A stretch of DNA of 64,000 nt from assembly GCF_009914755.1 (NCBI RefSeq), contig NC_060936.1, one strand, 5' to 3'. Positions 44,682 to 58,320 of the stretch are shown here, piece after piece; position 1 is the first letter of the stretch, and each line of letters opens with the position of its first letter. A program made the position numbers and the translations under genes. Source of the DNA: the human T2T-CHM13v2.0 reference genome, Homo sapiens. The notes beneath the pieces were generated by a model that worked only from the letters and a program-made list of their open reading frames with translations, had not been told where the DNA came from and ran no database searches.

Positions 44682-45158
44682 TGTATTGCTCTGTGGCTGC
44701 TGTGACAAAAATTACTACAAACCTTGGTGGCTTACAACAACAACATTTATTCTCTCACTGTCTAGTCACCAGAAGTTTGAAATCAGTTTCACTGGTCTCA
44801 AATCAAGGTGTTGGTAAGGCTGCACTCCCTTGGAAGGCACTGAAGAAGAATCCTCCTTGCCTCTTCCAGGTTTGGGTGGCTGCCCACATTCCTTGGCTTG
44901 TGGCCACATCTCTCTAATCTCTGTCCCTGTCTTCCCACTGCCTCCTCCTCTGGTGTATCAAATCTCTCTCTACTTCCTTCTTATAAAAGTCCTTATGATG
45001 GTGTTCAGCGCCTACTCAGATAATCCAGAATAATCTCCCCATCTAGAGGTCTTTAACTTAATTACATCTACAAAGACACTTTTTCCAAATAAAACAACAT
45101 TTACAAGTTCCAGGAATTAAAACTTAATATTTTTGGAAGCCCTTATTTGACCTACACA
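44682..45158. mobile_element. MaLR solo LTR (MLT1C/D-like)
   Basis: TG...CA ends; TSD atgag/atgat; MLT1 motifs. Confidence 0.8.
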
Positions 45159-45764
45159 ATGATCTTCTGAATTAGAGTGAGTCCACTGACTCACTCTGAT
45201 CCCAAAAGAATAGGTAAAGTTTTTTCCAAATATAATAAGTAATTCTGAGACTGGGCAAAGTGATGGCCTAAAAGGTGGATTCTTCCATGAGGCCCTGATG
45301 TCACTGACATCATTTCTCTTTCTTCTTGGCTCCATCTTGTGGGAAGATCCTCTTTCTTTTATCTTCCCTGGCCACATTGAAAGTGGATGTTGAGGAGTTT
45401 GCTCTCTTGAAAGCCAAGCAATGTTTGCCCCCCATTTCCTTACCAAAGGCTGTTTTAAGGCTCACCTAAGAGTCATACTTATGAGGGTTTTTGGCAGTAT
45501 AAGTCCCTTAAAACTTAGATTTCTTATGTATTTATTCTAGTAAACTCATGCAACTAGACCAAGTTATGACTTCCCTAGTCATAATTATTGTCTATGTAAT
45601 TTCATGTCCTCTTTTTCCAAATAGTGACTACCTTGAGTAGGAAGTCTAAACTTTAATCTTATCTATGCTGCAAAACTGAGTCACCTTGTTCAGCTGGGAA
45701 GTCTCATTGAGTCTCCACTGCTCAAAGCCTTGTTTAAAATCTCACTTCTTGCTCTTTTGGGTGT

Positions 45765-48020
45765 TTTTAAATGCATTTTATTGTGTATACTTAAGGTATA
45801 CAACATGATGTTATGGAACACACGTAGATAGTAAGAAGGTTATTACAGTGAATCAAATTAACATATCCATCTATCCATCATTTCACAGTTATCCTTTTTA
45901 AAATTTTTGTAGCAAGAGCAGCTAAAATCTATTCATTCAGCATGAATACCATATACAGTATAACTTTATTACCTATAATCCTCATATGATACATTAGATG
46001 TCTAGACTTTTTCATCCTACATATGTGCTACTTTGTAGCCTCTGACCTACCTTTCTCCATTTTCTTCTCCCTCCCCACACCTCGTTCCTGTCAACCACTG
46101 TTTGGTTATCTATCTCTGTACATTTGAGAGTTTTTTTTCTAAATTCCACATAAAAGTGAGATCAGGCATTATTTCTTTCTGTGTCTGGCTTATTTCACTT
46201 AACATAATGTCCTCACTCATGCTGTGGTAAATGGAAAGATCTCATTCTTTGTAAAGACTGAATCATATTCCATTGCATATATCCATTTTCTTTATTCATT
46301 TGTCTGTCAATGAACAATAGGTTGTTTCCATATCATGTCTATTGTGAACAATTCTACAGTGAACACTGCAGCACAAAAACTTTATGAGATGGTTATTTAA
46401 TTCCCTTTGGGTATGTACCCAGAAGAGGGATTACTGGGTCATATGGTGGCTCTATTTTTTATTTCTTTAGAAACCTCCATGCTGTATTCCCATTGGTGGT
46501 ACCAATCTACATTTCCATCATCAGTGTACAGGGTTCCCTTTTTGCCACGCCCTCGCCAACATTTGTTATCATTTGACTTTTTGATGAGACCTTCTAACAT
46601 GGTAAGACTGTGAGGTGGTATCTCATAGTGGTTTTGATTTGCATTTCCCTGGTGACTAATAATGTTGAGTACCTTTTCATATACTTGTTGGCCATTTTTA
46701 TGTCTTCTTTGGAGAAATGCCTATTCAGGTTTTTTGTTCATTTTTTAATCAAGTTTTTTTTCCACTAATGAGTTGTATGAATTCTTCATAAATTTTGGAT
46801 ATTACTCCCTTATCAGATACATGGTTTGCAAATATTTTTTCCCCAATTCATAGGCTGCCCTTTGATTTTGTTGGTTGATTGTTTCCTTTGCTGTGCAAAA
46901 GCTTATTAGTTTGATGTAGTCCCAGTTATTTATTTTTGCTTTTGTGATCTGAGCTTTTGATGTAATATCAAAATAATAATTGCCAAAGTCAGTGTCTAGG
47001 AGCTTTTCTCCTATGTTCCCTTTTAGGGTTTTCATAGTTTCTAATATTATATGTAAGTTTTTTATCCATTTTAACATGATTTGTTGTGTATGGTATAAGA
47101 TAAGGGTCTAATTTCGTTCTTTAGCATGTCGAAATTCAGTTTTTTCAGTACCATTTATTGAAGACATTATCCTTTACCATTTTGTCTTCTTGGTCTCCTT
47201 GACAAAAATTAGGTTGACCATATATGCTTAGGTTGATCTCTAGGCTCTCTATTCTGTTCCACTGGTCTATATGTCTGTTTTTCTGCACAGGACCATGCTG
47301 TATTGATTACTATAGCTTTGTAACATAATTTTAAATCAGAAAGTGTGATGCCTCCAACTTTGTTTTCATTTCTCAGAATTATTTTGGCTATTTGAAGTCT
47401 TTTATCCTTCTTTACAAATTTTAGGACTTTTTTTTTTATTTCTATGAATAATGCCATTGGAATTTTGATAAGAATTGCATTAAATCTGTACACTGTAGCC
47501 TAGTATAGTTGTTCACACCTGTAATCCCAGCACTTTGGAAGGCCAAGATGAGAGGATCTTCTGAGGCTGGGACTTTGACACCAGCCTCGACAACATAACA
47601 ATACCACACCCCAAGGGAAAAAAAACCCTGTGTATTGCTTTAGACAGCATGAACATTTTAACAATATTATTTTATATCTTCTGATTCAGGAGTATAGGAT
47701 ATCTTTTCACGTATTTGTGTCTCCAATTTCTTTCATCCATGTTTTATAGTTTTCAGTATACAGATCTTTCACTTCCTTGGTTAAATTTATTCCTAGATAT
47801 GTCATTTTTATACTATTGTAAATGAGATTTTTTCTTAATTTCTTTCTATTAGGTCACTATTTGCGTATAAAAATACTACTGATTTAAATATGTCGATTTT
47901 GTGTTCTGCAACTTTACTGAATTCATTTATGAGTTCTAACAGGGTTTTTTGTGTGGAATCGTTGGGCTTTTTTACATACAGGATTATGTCATCTGCAAAT
48001 AAACATAATGTTGCTTCTTT
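45765..48020 (-). mobile_element. L1MA-like 3' 2.2 kb, with an Alu monomer (FLAM-like, about 47498..47625, +) inserted
   Basis: Minus-strand ORFs 46802..47077, 47209..47493 and 47835..48053 (LFADDIILY) are ORF2p fragments. Confidence 0.88.
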
Positions 48021-48634
48021 TCTTCCTATTGGAAATAATAGAAAGCATTGCACTTTGTCTCTTTTTCTTATCTAGTTGCCCATTTCTTGCTTTTTGGAAT
48101 CTTAGAAGCTGTAGGCTTTTCATCCTTGCAAGGCCTTTGAATTTTAAGACTGTCATTATTTTTTTTAATTCATTTTTCCACTCTGAATTAGGTGAGGGAG
48201 TTAGCCATGCAAATATTTGGGAAGAGTATTTCATATAAAGGGGGAATAGCAAGTACAAAGGCCTTGAGATATGTCTGAAAAGGACTAAGGAGGCCAGAAT
48301 GGCCAAGTGAACAGGGATGGAGTAGCAGGAGAGTTAAAATAGGTAATGAAAAACTGACCACTTATGGCCTTGTGAGTCATTGTACAAATTTCAGCTTTTA
48401 TTTTGAGTGAGGCCGAAGGCTTTGAGAAGGGGAATGACATAGTCTGAGTTACCAAAAATCACTCTGGTTGATATGTTGAGATGAGATTGCAGGGGAATAA
48501 GAAAAGAAGCAAGAATATCAGAGAAGAGGGCAGTGGGATCATTTAAATGAGAGGTGATGTTGGTTGACTACGACAGTGACAGTAAAAATGGGCAGAGATA
48601 GTTAAATTCAGGATGCATTTTAAAAGTAAAGCCA

Positions 48635-49425
48635 CTGCTCAAAAGAAGACATTTATGCAGCCAAAAAACACATGAAAAAATGCTCATCATCACTGGCCGT
48701 CAGAGAAATGCAAATCAAAACCACAATGAGATGCAATCTCACACCAGTTAGAATGGCGATCATTAAAAAGTCAGGAAACAACAGGTGCTGGAGAGGATGT
48801 GGAGAAATAGGAACACTTTTACACTGTTGGTTGGACTGTAAACTAGTTCAACCATTGTGGAAGTCAGTGTGGCGATTCCTCAGGGATCTAGAACTAGAAA
48901 TACCATTTGACCCAGCCATCCCATTACTAGGTATATACCCAAAGGACTATAAATCATGCTGCTATAAAGACATATGCACATATATGTTTATTGCGGCACT
49001 ATTCACAATAGCAAAGAATTGGAACCAACCTAAATATCCAACAACGATAGACTGGATTAAGAAAATGGGGAACATATACACCATGGAATACTATGCAACC
49101 ATAAAAAATGAAGAGTTCATGTCCTTTGTAGAGACATGGATGAAACTGGAAACCATCATTCTCAGCAAACTATCGCAAGGACAAAAAACCAAACACCGCA
49201 TGTTCTCACTCATAGGTGGGAATTGAACAATGAGAACACATGGACACAGGAAGGGGAACATCACACTCTGGGGACTGTTGTGGGGTGGGGGGAGGGGGGA
49301 GGGATAGCATTAGGAGATATACCTAATGCTAAATGACGAGTTAGTGGGTGCAGCACACCAACATGGCACATGTATCCATATGTAACAAACCTGCACATTG
49401 TGCACATGTACCCTAAAACTTAAAG

Positions 49426-49455
<30 letters not shown>
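48635..49455 (+). mobile_element. 5'-truncated young L1PA with (AAT)n tail, inserted in an L2 remnant
   Basis: ORF 48672..49226 is an uninterrupted ORF2p C-terminus; perfect TSD AAAAGTAAAGCCA at 48622..48634 and 49456..49468 at a TT/AAAA site. Confidence 0.95.
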
Positions 49456-49459
<4 letters not shown>

Positions 49460-50738
49460 GTAAAGCCAAGATGATTTACTGAAGAATTGACTGAGGGGAT
49501 TGAGAGAAGGAGAAGAAGGTTACAGTTGGCAAAAAAGGTCTTGGCTAGAGCACATGAAAGTTGTCATTGATGAGATGGGGAAGATCGTGGCGAGAGCAGG
49601 ACTAGAGAAATATCAGGGAGCTCAATTTTAAACATGTTAAGTTAAATATGCCTATTCATATCCAAGTGGTAATGTCAAACAGGCAGTTGTGTACTTTGGT
49701 GTGAGTTCAAGAAAGAGACTGGAGTAGAAATAAATAAATTTAGAAATAATAGAAACTACATGTTTAGGAGAATCAGTGCCATACTCTCAATGTTTTTATA
49801 TTAAGATAGAAATTGTTCATATATGATATTTGTATCTTTGAAATATTTATTTTGTACTCCATTTTAATATATAGTAGATAAATTTATATAAATTTGTGAT
49901 TTTAAGTTTATGTTGACAGATTATGTAATGTATTGACATAGGAGAACTTTATTACATTTGTAAATTTAATGTATTAGGTACACATTACACAGTTTTAGTA
50001 CGTAGTAAGAATTCTTTTAGTCATTTTGATTGTACTAAAATTGTACTATAATTGAAGTACTTAAGAAATCAAGTGTGTTAAGTTTACAAAAACAACACAA
50101 TGTCTGAAGGTACAAAATTAGCCACGTTTATAAATGAAACCAGTGTTATTTAGAACTCCTTAACATTGAGGGATTGCAAAAACCTGCTCAATTTATAGAG
50201 TAGGATTCATAAACTGAGCTCAAATTCTAGGAATAACTATATCGTTGAATCTGTAATAAATTAAACATTTTTGAATCCAAAGTAAACTTCTGAACATTTC
50301 TTACTATATCAATAGCTGTCATTATAGTCATTAAAATGTCAGCAATTGAAATGATGCATTGTTGATACATTTTATTTTGTCTTGAAAGTAAAAGAGTTGA
50401 ATATTGGTAAAATATCTACTATTACCTAGACCAGTATTTCTCAAACTTTCCTGGCCATCATCCACAATAATAAATATATTTTACCTTGTGAAACAATACA
50501 CACACACACGAGTAAACAAAAAGTTCCATGAAACACTATGTACCTTACCACCTGAAACTAACTTTGATAAATCTACCTTTAACTATATACAACATGGATT
50601 TCACTGCCTACTAATGGATCATAACCCACAATTTGAAATATCATCTAAAGTAAGGCTAAGCATTATAGGATTTTGAAGCAAGTAAATTAGAATTGCTTCT
50701 GTTTAAATAGCTACAGTTGAACAAAGATATGTACATAC

Positions 50739-50883
50739 CATGAATGCATACTTGTGTATAGCTTGGATAACAGTTTTAAACAGAAGTTTGCTTGTGAGTG
50801 TGTAGCCATGATATACAACAGGTTCATTTTGTGCTCCATCCCAGCAGTCAATCTCCAAACAACGGCATCCTTTCACAAGGGCA
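50739..50883 (-). CDS. PLCZ1: PLCZ1 exon 6 (145 nt), [16 protein letters not shown]...VYHGYTLTS...HKYAFM
   Basis: Absent from the ORF track; read by hand. Acceptor TTTTGCTAG|T, donor ATG|GTATGT; phase 2 to 0; PI-PLC motifs [12 protein letters not shown] and HGYTLTS. Confidence 0.96.
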
Positions 50884-52566
50884 CTAGCAAAATTTCAGCA
50901 AAATAAAATGTTACTCCTGGACCATTAAAAATATATACCAAAGTATTAAAATATTCCAAAGACCATTTGATTTTATAATAAATGCATAAATGAGTCCATA
51001 AAACTCTATAAAAACTTGTCTTTGGGACAAGTTTTGAGTCTCTAGAAATTTGCATTAAAAGGGAAGACACATACTATCTGTGTAGTACAATACTGTGTCT
51101 TTCTCGCTAGTCAAATGTTTTACTCTTCCGTGCTCTCCATACAAGGCTTGGTTTTCAGTAAGCAATGAGGATACCTGCTCCATAGTTGTAGCTCTGAAAC
51201 ATCCCTACTCCCAACCCATATAATTTTACTTATGGTGGCATTTACTGTTCAATGCCATACCATTCAAAAGTGATAATGTTCAAAGCCCTCTCAGAATAGT
51301 AAAATATATTAATAAAATCTTATCTAATTCTTTCCTCATGTCAGGCTTTGGGGAATGGGGTATATGGCAGAAAGGCAAGGATAAAGAAAAGATAAAGCAT
51401 GACAATACTTGCTCTCTGGAAACAGTGTTGGCTACACAGTATGGAAGCTAGAGGGCCTGGTGAATCAGCAAATAATCCTTATCTCTCTAACCATTTAACA
51501 TAAGGCCATCTCTAATTTTAATCCAAGTAAGCACTAGAGAAAATCAAGGTTTATGCAAAGGAAGCCTGGACACCTGCTCATCTCTGTCTATTCGACTCAT
51601 AATTTCACTAGGAGAAACGTATGACCTGCTTACCTCAGAATACAAGTTCACAGCTTTATCAAAACTGAGGAAACTATATTTCTGCTTCTGCTGATATCTA
51701 AAACTGGGCCTGATTTTTCTACCTAAAAAATAAATATTGGTTTCTTGATTTAAACATAAATTCTATCTTAGGTTCATTAAATCAGTTGTACCCACTGTGT
51801 TTAAATTAATTTTCAGTGTTCATACTACAAGAGAGCAGTGACAGGATGCTTTATTAGCACATATGCTTTTATTTACTCTGTGTCAGTGGAAGCTGATTGC
51901 ATTCAGATTTTTCACTGACTTTATAATAATGAATAAAAGCAAATAGGGATGTCTCAAAATCTTCATACCCAGCCCAGAGTAGGCCATTGTATGCCATCAT
52001 GAAATAGGTCATTTGCCCCAAACTACCAAGAGTTCACTCAAATTTATTGATTTATGTATAGATATTGTTTTCTTGATTCATGCAAATATAGTTATAGCGT
52101 TAAGATAATTCTTTAAATTATTTCACAGACACATACAAAGAGTTGCATAGTTGTTCCTATTACCTATGAACCTGGCCTGACATGGAGCTAATATGTGCCA
52201 ACCACAGACAGGGTCAGCAACACTAACACAAGGCAATGGTTAGTGCTGTTTCTACAACAGCAGGGATTGAAATTTCAGTCCATAAAACATGTTTGACATA
52301 AACTGACTGTTAGTAAATATTTATTGTGTTTATATTAGAAAACATGGGAACTGTAGAGATGTAAGAAGAGAAGTGGAAGGCAGAAAAATGTGATCTAAAA
52401 CGCGATCTTGGAAGAGACAAAACTGAATCTGAGAGCTGACTTGAAACACCGGGATCTTAGAATCGATACATAATAGGAAAGAGGTTAAAAAAGCTCCCTT
52501 GTCATACATAGAGATATTTTTCCATAGAAAACCAGTAAGTACATTAAATTACCCCATGTCTACAGG

Positions 52567-52782
52567 CTACTGGTTTTCCACTGGGACGACTTTGCCTCAC
52601 AGGAGGGATTTGGCAATGTCTGGAGACATTTTCGGCTGCCACAACTGGAGATAGGGAGAGGTTTGTAACTGGCATCTAGCAGGTAACGGTCACAATGCTG
52701 CCAAACATTCTGCAATGCACAGGACAGCCCCCAACAACAAAGAATTATCTGACTTAAAAAATGAAAAGTTTGAGAAACCCTG
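52567..52782. mobile_element. MER20 (hAT-Charlie)
   Basis: atttggcaatgtctggagacatttt...cacaactgg...tgagaaaccctg. Confidence 0.85.
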
Positions 52783-53065
52783 CTGTAAGTCATGACAACC
52801 TGGAGAAGGGAGTGTCGTCCCAGCACCAAGTACTTATATAAAATCAGTAGTTTTTCCAAACAGAAGCACAGAGCACCAAATGGGCCATATGAGAAAATGA
52901 ATCTTTTAGATTTAGTTCTTCTTTGGAGATCATATGCAGTCCCTTTCTAGGGAGATGACCCAAGAAGTACTTAGGTAAGAGCATAGCTGAGAACAGATAA
53001 AACAATTATAACACTAAGTCAATGTACTGAATTCAGGACTGCCTAAAATATGAGAGGAAGGCGGT

Positions 53066-53095
53066 GGGGGGGGGGGGGGGGGGGGCGGAGGGAGG

Positions 53096-53129
<34 letters not shown>
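53066..53129. repeat. G20 homopolymer followed by (GA)16
   Basis: Seen directly. Confidence 0.95.
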
Positions 53130-53132
<3 letters not shown>

Positions 53133-53304
53133 TATATACCCTTGGGAATAATAGAGATAAAAGTTGGAAGAACCCTGATGAGGAAGTAAGGCTTTAGAGA
53201 GAAAGAGAATTGGTGAATCTCATTTAACTTGGAGGCTTCACCAACCAAGCCAAATCTTTATTAAGAATAATTAAATTCTTAATAAATTCTTTTGGGGTGT
53301 TTGG

Positions 53305-53522
53305 TTTTTTTTTTGTTTTTTTTAGAGACAGAGTCTCGCTCTGTCGCCCAGACTGGGGTGCAGTGGCGCGATCTCGGCTCACTGCAAGCTCCGCCTCCCG
53401 GGTTCACGCCATTCTCCTGCCTCAGCCCCCTGAGTAGCTGGAACTACAGGCGCCCACCACCACGCCTGGCTAATTTGTGTATTTTTAGTAGAAACGGGGT
53501 TTCACTGTGTTAGCCAGGATGG
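53305..53522 (-). mobile_element. 5'-truncated AluY, followed by an old Alu monomer (about 53540..53710, minus)
   Basis: AluY diagnostic caagctccgcctcccgggttcacgccattc. Confidence 0.88.
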
Positions 53523-55703
53523 GGTTTTTAAATTTTGCTTTTTGTTTTTGTGTCTGTTTTTGTTTTTGTTTTTTTGTTGTTGTTTTTAAGATGGGGTCTC
53601 TGTCACCCACACTAAAGTGCAGCCTCGAAGTCCTAGACGCAAGTCATCATCCCACTTCAGCCTCAAAACTAGCTGGGACTACAGTCACATGCTACCACAT
53701 TTGGGTAATCTGCTTTGGTTTTTGTTTGTTTGTTTGTTTAAGTGCACAGTGCTTTATTTAGGCATGTGGCAATGCACTATAATGTAAAACTTCAGAGTTT
53801 TCTTAACTAATTGTCTTTGTATTGGAGAAATGGACCTAGAATATTCATAGAGAAATCTTGTCTGGCCCGTGGATACTCTCTGGGCAAATAAGGCAGAAGT
53901 TCTAAATTCGGCTACATTTGTAGAATTGCAAATGAATATATTTCTTGGCTTACGGATTTATTTATGTATTTAGATTTTAAGTTGGAGAAGAAACAATGTT
54001 TATTTGTAAAGTTTCTTAATTTCTATGGAAGAATGTTTGCTTTCCTGACTCGTATTTGATTATGACGGTAAATTGTCTTGCCTATTTTATCAACAGAGTA
54101 TGAGTTCTCTGGAGTGCTGCCAGAGAACAATCTTGAGCTTTTTACTTGGGGTGGGGGGAAAAAACCACCAAGAACTATATTGTGAAAGAAAACTTTTCAT
54201 AAATAATATTGGCTCTTGCTACTTCTCTAGATAGTTTTAATTTTATCCATGGATCAAGTCAACCTTTACAAAACTGCATATTCAGACTACATGGTTTGGT
54301 CACCAGCAAAATGTTTTCAGTGATTATGCAATGTCATGCCAACCACTTACATGTGGAGGCACCCAAGAGAAAGTTTTACCTTCTCTAATGGTGATGTTGA
54401 GGACACTCCACTATTTAACTTTGAGCCTTTTTGGAAACAGAGAAAATTTCTCTCTCATTCACTGCTGTTTTTTATGATCATTGTAAACCTTGTAACTAAT
54501 CCTGTTTCTCTCTTGACTTCGGCTGCTAGGAAACTTACAGGTGATAGTCTCCATGCCTTCTAGAATTTGTACAGAACTTTGTGGTATGAAATTTCCACTC
54601 TTAACTTTATTTCATCTATTTATCTTTAAATTTCCTTCAAATACTTCCTATAAACTATCAAGGTATAAAATACTGTAATTTTTGTTGTAACTTATTTAGA
54701 TTGTGTAATGTTACTATTTTCTATTTGAAGTTGAATTTTAACTGGTAATAAAAATAAATTTAAGAATCTTTTGGTACATTAAGATATTGAATGCTTTACA
54801 GCAGTAATATTCTTTTTCCTTTTGTAAATATGAGGAAATCGAGATACACAATGGTTATATCTGTCACAAAATTAACAGATGAGGGAAAGGGAAGAAATAT
54901 GAGCACTAGAAACTTAAACATTGATATTTAAACACTATATTATGCCACTAGTCACAAGGAAAAATATTTTGAAAGACTTTCATACTAAGCATGTGTCTTC
55001 CAAAGGTGGATAAAGAAACAGAGAAAAGTACAATTAAATTTAAGTGTAAATTTGCAGTTGGGTGAAACTTTTTCTTGTAATGTAAAAGTAATTATATATA
55101 TTTCTAAATATAACTGCTTTAATATTTATATTTTCTCTCTTAAAAAAATTAAAATAACAAAAAATGAATGGAAATTCCTATAATGAAATTATAGCTATAA
55201 ATTGGGCTGTCTTTACAGAATTCTAAATGAATACATTTCAAAATTTGTGAATTTATGTCTTTACTTAGATTTGAAATTAGAGAAGCAGCAATATTTACTT
55301 GTATGTTTGATATTATCTTGGAATTAGAAGATATCTTTTCTATTGATGGTTTTACCTTAAGTAATGCTATCTAATCATTTGGTTTTAAATATCCCATATA
55401 TGCTGATGACTTCCAATTCTGTTTTTCCAGTCTGATAACTTCTGAATTCCACACACACATAGATCAGACTATCTGATCTAGCCATTTGGAAACTAATTGA
55501 TATCTCAAACTTAGCATGGAAACCACAGAACCCTTGCATGTTGCCTCAAACCCTACAATGGGCTTCTCTCTTGGGCTTCAACATCTCAGCCAACAGTATT
55601 ACTGTAATTTGGTTATTGGAATGAACATCTTGATTCCTCTCTTTCCCTCATATCTCTCTTCAAAACACCTGGTAAGTCATGTTGGCTATACCTCCTAAAA
55701 TTA

Positions 55704-56129
55704 CATGGTCCCCAACATATGATGGTTCAACTTATAATTTTTCAACATTATGATAATGCAAAGAAAATACGCATTCAGTGGAAATCGCATTTCGAATTTT
55801 GAATATTGGTCATTTCCCAAGCTAGCAATATGCTGTATGAGATACTCCGTCGCACGATGTTGAGCAGCAGCAGTGAGCTACAGATCCCACTCAGCCACAT
55901 GATCACAAGGGTAAACAACCAAAACTCTATGGTGTCCTGTGTTGCCAGTTTTTGGGGGTGCTTTGGGAGTGAGGATATGATTTAGCCTCACTGTAAGCTA
56001 GTGTAAGTGTGTTAAAGTAAGCTAGGTGAAGCTATAATGTTTGGTAGATTAGATATACTAAATGCATTTTCAACTTAAGATATTTTCAAGTATTGGGATG
56101 TAACCACATTGTAAGTTGAGAAGCATCTG
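55704..56129. mobile_element. MER47/Tigger5-like TcMar element within an L2 remnant
   Basis: TA on both flanks; degenerate terminal inverted repeats (catggtccccaacatatgatgg / cattgtaagttgagaagcatctg). Confidence 0.7.
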
Positions 56130-57335
56130 TATCTCAAATTCAACTACTTGTCATCTCAGCTGCTGCCTCATGAGTTCACCACCAGCTATATCACCTGCAC
56201 TGCTACACCATCTTCCCAAATCATCTTCTACCTCCACTCTGGCCCCATCAGTCATTCCTCCACATTATTGAATAAATCAAATTATGACACTATCTTAAGG
56301 AAAATCCTTCTCAGTGCAGCTGGGATAAAATCTATTCTCCTCTCCATGCTCTACAAGATCCTCATTAACTGACTCTGCCTACCTCCTCAAACTCACCTCC
56401 CTTCATTCACCATTGACTTGTCTCTAGCCACATTTGCCATTTTTCTCTCATTTAAACATGCCAATCACTTACTCTGTTTAACATGACCTTCCCACTAGAT
56501 GTTTCTAAGGCTTCCTGTATCATCACTCATGCCACAACTATTTCTTTTTACCTCTTGAGAAGACTTTTCTGACAACTTTACCCTAAGTAACACCCTCCAC
56601 CCCACAGTCACTTTCTATCACATTACCTTAGTTCATCTTCCCTGTATGATTCATTCATCCTTGAAAACATTTTTTACCTGGTTATTATCTGTCTATCTGC
56701 TTGTACACAGATAAATGTAGCAGCTTTGAAAATCTTATTCTGCACTGTATCTGAGCTGACTGACTAAACTGAAGTCTGGTATTAACAGTATGATAGGTAC
56801 ATTGTTAGGTATAAAATCAGCAATGCAATGTGGATTATTTTTAATCTATGTAAACTCTTTAACATACAAGTCTATAAAAATCACTATCCACAAATGTGAA
56901 GTTGTACAATGTACTGTATTTATGTGTTGGCTTTAGTTATAGTATGTGTCCTGATGTCTGAGAATTAATTTTAACCATACTTATTAAAATAGAGGATCTT
57001 CTGACTAGCTAAATAAGAGTCTTCTTCATATGCTTTCCTTTGAGAAGTGTCTAGGTTATTCAGCAAACTTCGGAGGGGCCATAACCATGGAGAAGAGGTT
57101 AACAGGTGGGATTAGAAGGAAAGCATATGATACTAATGCATACAATAAATTACGTTGCCACTTCATCCAAATGTTGGATCTTCAAGATATGTACAAGTAA
57201 AAATTTCTATTCCCTATGAGTTTGGATAACATGGAGAGTCTTCTTTTTATTGTGCACTCTTGCCTACTGAGGTAGACACTGCCAGGAACTTCCAACTATT
57301 TTTAAATGTAATAGATTTAAAAATAAAATAAATAC

Positions 57336-57537
57336 CTTACATATCCCCAAAGGTCACTTGGTCCCAATAATTGATCAGATACCAAATATGTGTTATGTGA
57401 AGATGAAATAAAATAATCATTTAATGGATGAGTCATATCTTGATAAACTTTTCTACATTCATTTTTAAACAGTAGACATTCACGTGAATCCATGTATCTT
57501 GTAAAACCTTCTAATGACATTTGGTGTGCTTTCCTAA
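57336..57537 (-). CDS. PLCZ1: PLCZ1 exon 5 (202 nt), start of X domain with SSSHNTY (catalytic His170)
   Basis: Acceptor TTTTTTAG|TT, donor TAAG|GTATTT; phase 1 to 2; ORF 57317..57589 contains [21 protein letters not shown], the PI-PLC X-box motif. Confidence 0.96.
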
Positions 57538-57799
57538 CTAAAAAAATAAAATAAAATAAGTTAAAAGGATGCAAAAATACCATTAGCAAGATAAAAAACT
57601 ACATCTCACTTGTAAACTTACTCAGTAGTAGAGCATATTTCTAAAATATTCCTTTAGAATTAATATTAATACTATATTTATGTTGTTTGGAAACAAATTT
57701 TTGTAGTAAAACCTTCAGTTCTTCCATATTAACATTCAAGTAAATAATATATTATTTAATTATCTCTTTTTTTATGTTTTGAAAATACACACAAGAAAA

Positions 57800-58320
57800 G
57801 TACATATATTATGGACCAATGAACTTCGACAAGCTACACATCTGGATGACTGGCACACAGGTTGAGGAACAAAGCATTGCAGTGTTCCAGAAGCCTGCCT
57901 CCGACTAACTTCCCAGTCACTCACCACACCCAAGTATATCAACTGATCTGACTTTGAAAAGCATAGATTAGTTTTCTTTGGTTGTTGCACTTTATATGAA
58001 TTGACTCAGACAGTATGTATTTTTTGTACCTGGTTTCTTTTACTCAACATTCTATTTCAAAGATTTACTCTTGTAGTTGCATGTAGTTATAGTTATACAT
58101 TGCTCATTCCCATTACTTTACAGTATTCCATTGTATGACTATGCCACAATTTATTTATTCATTCTATCACTGATAGGCATTTAGATAATTTCCTGTTTGG
58201 GGCTGCTACAAATTGTGCTGCCAAAAATAACCAGTAAATGTCTTTTAGTGCAAATATATACACATTTCTGTATGGTGCATGCCTAGGAATGGAATTTCTG
58301 GGTCATTTGCATCTGATCAT
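57800..58320 (-). mobile_element. Old L1ME-like 3' fragment
   Basis: agtattccattgtatgactatgccacaatttatttattcattct motif. Confidence 0.65.

Noticed and set aside
48672-49226. 184-aa ORF as a novel gene
   Set aside because: It is the L1 ORF2p C-terminus of a 5'-truncated element with no promoter.
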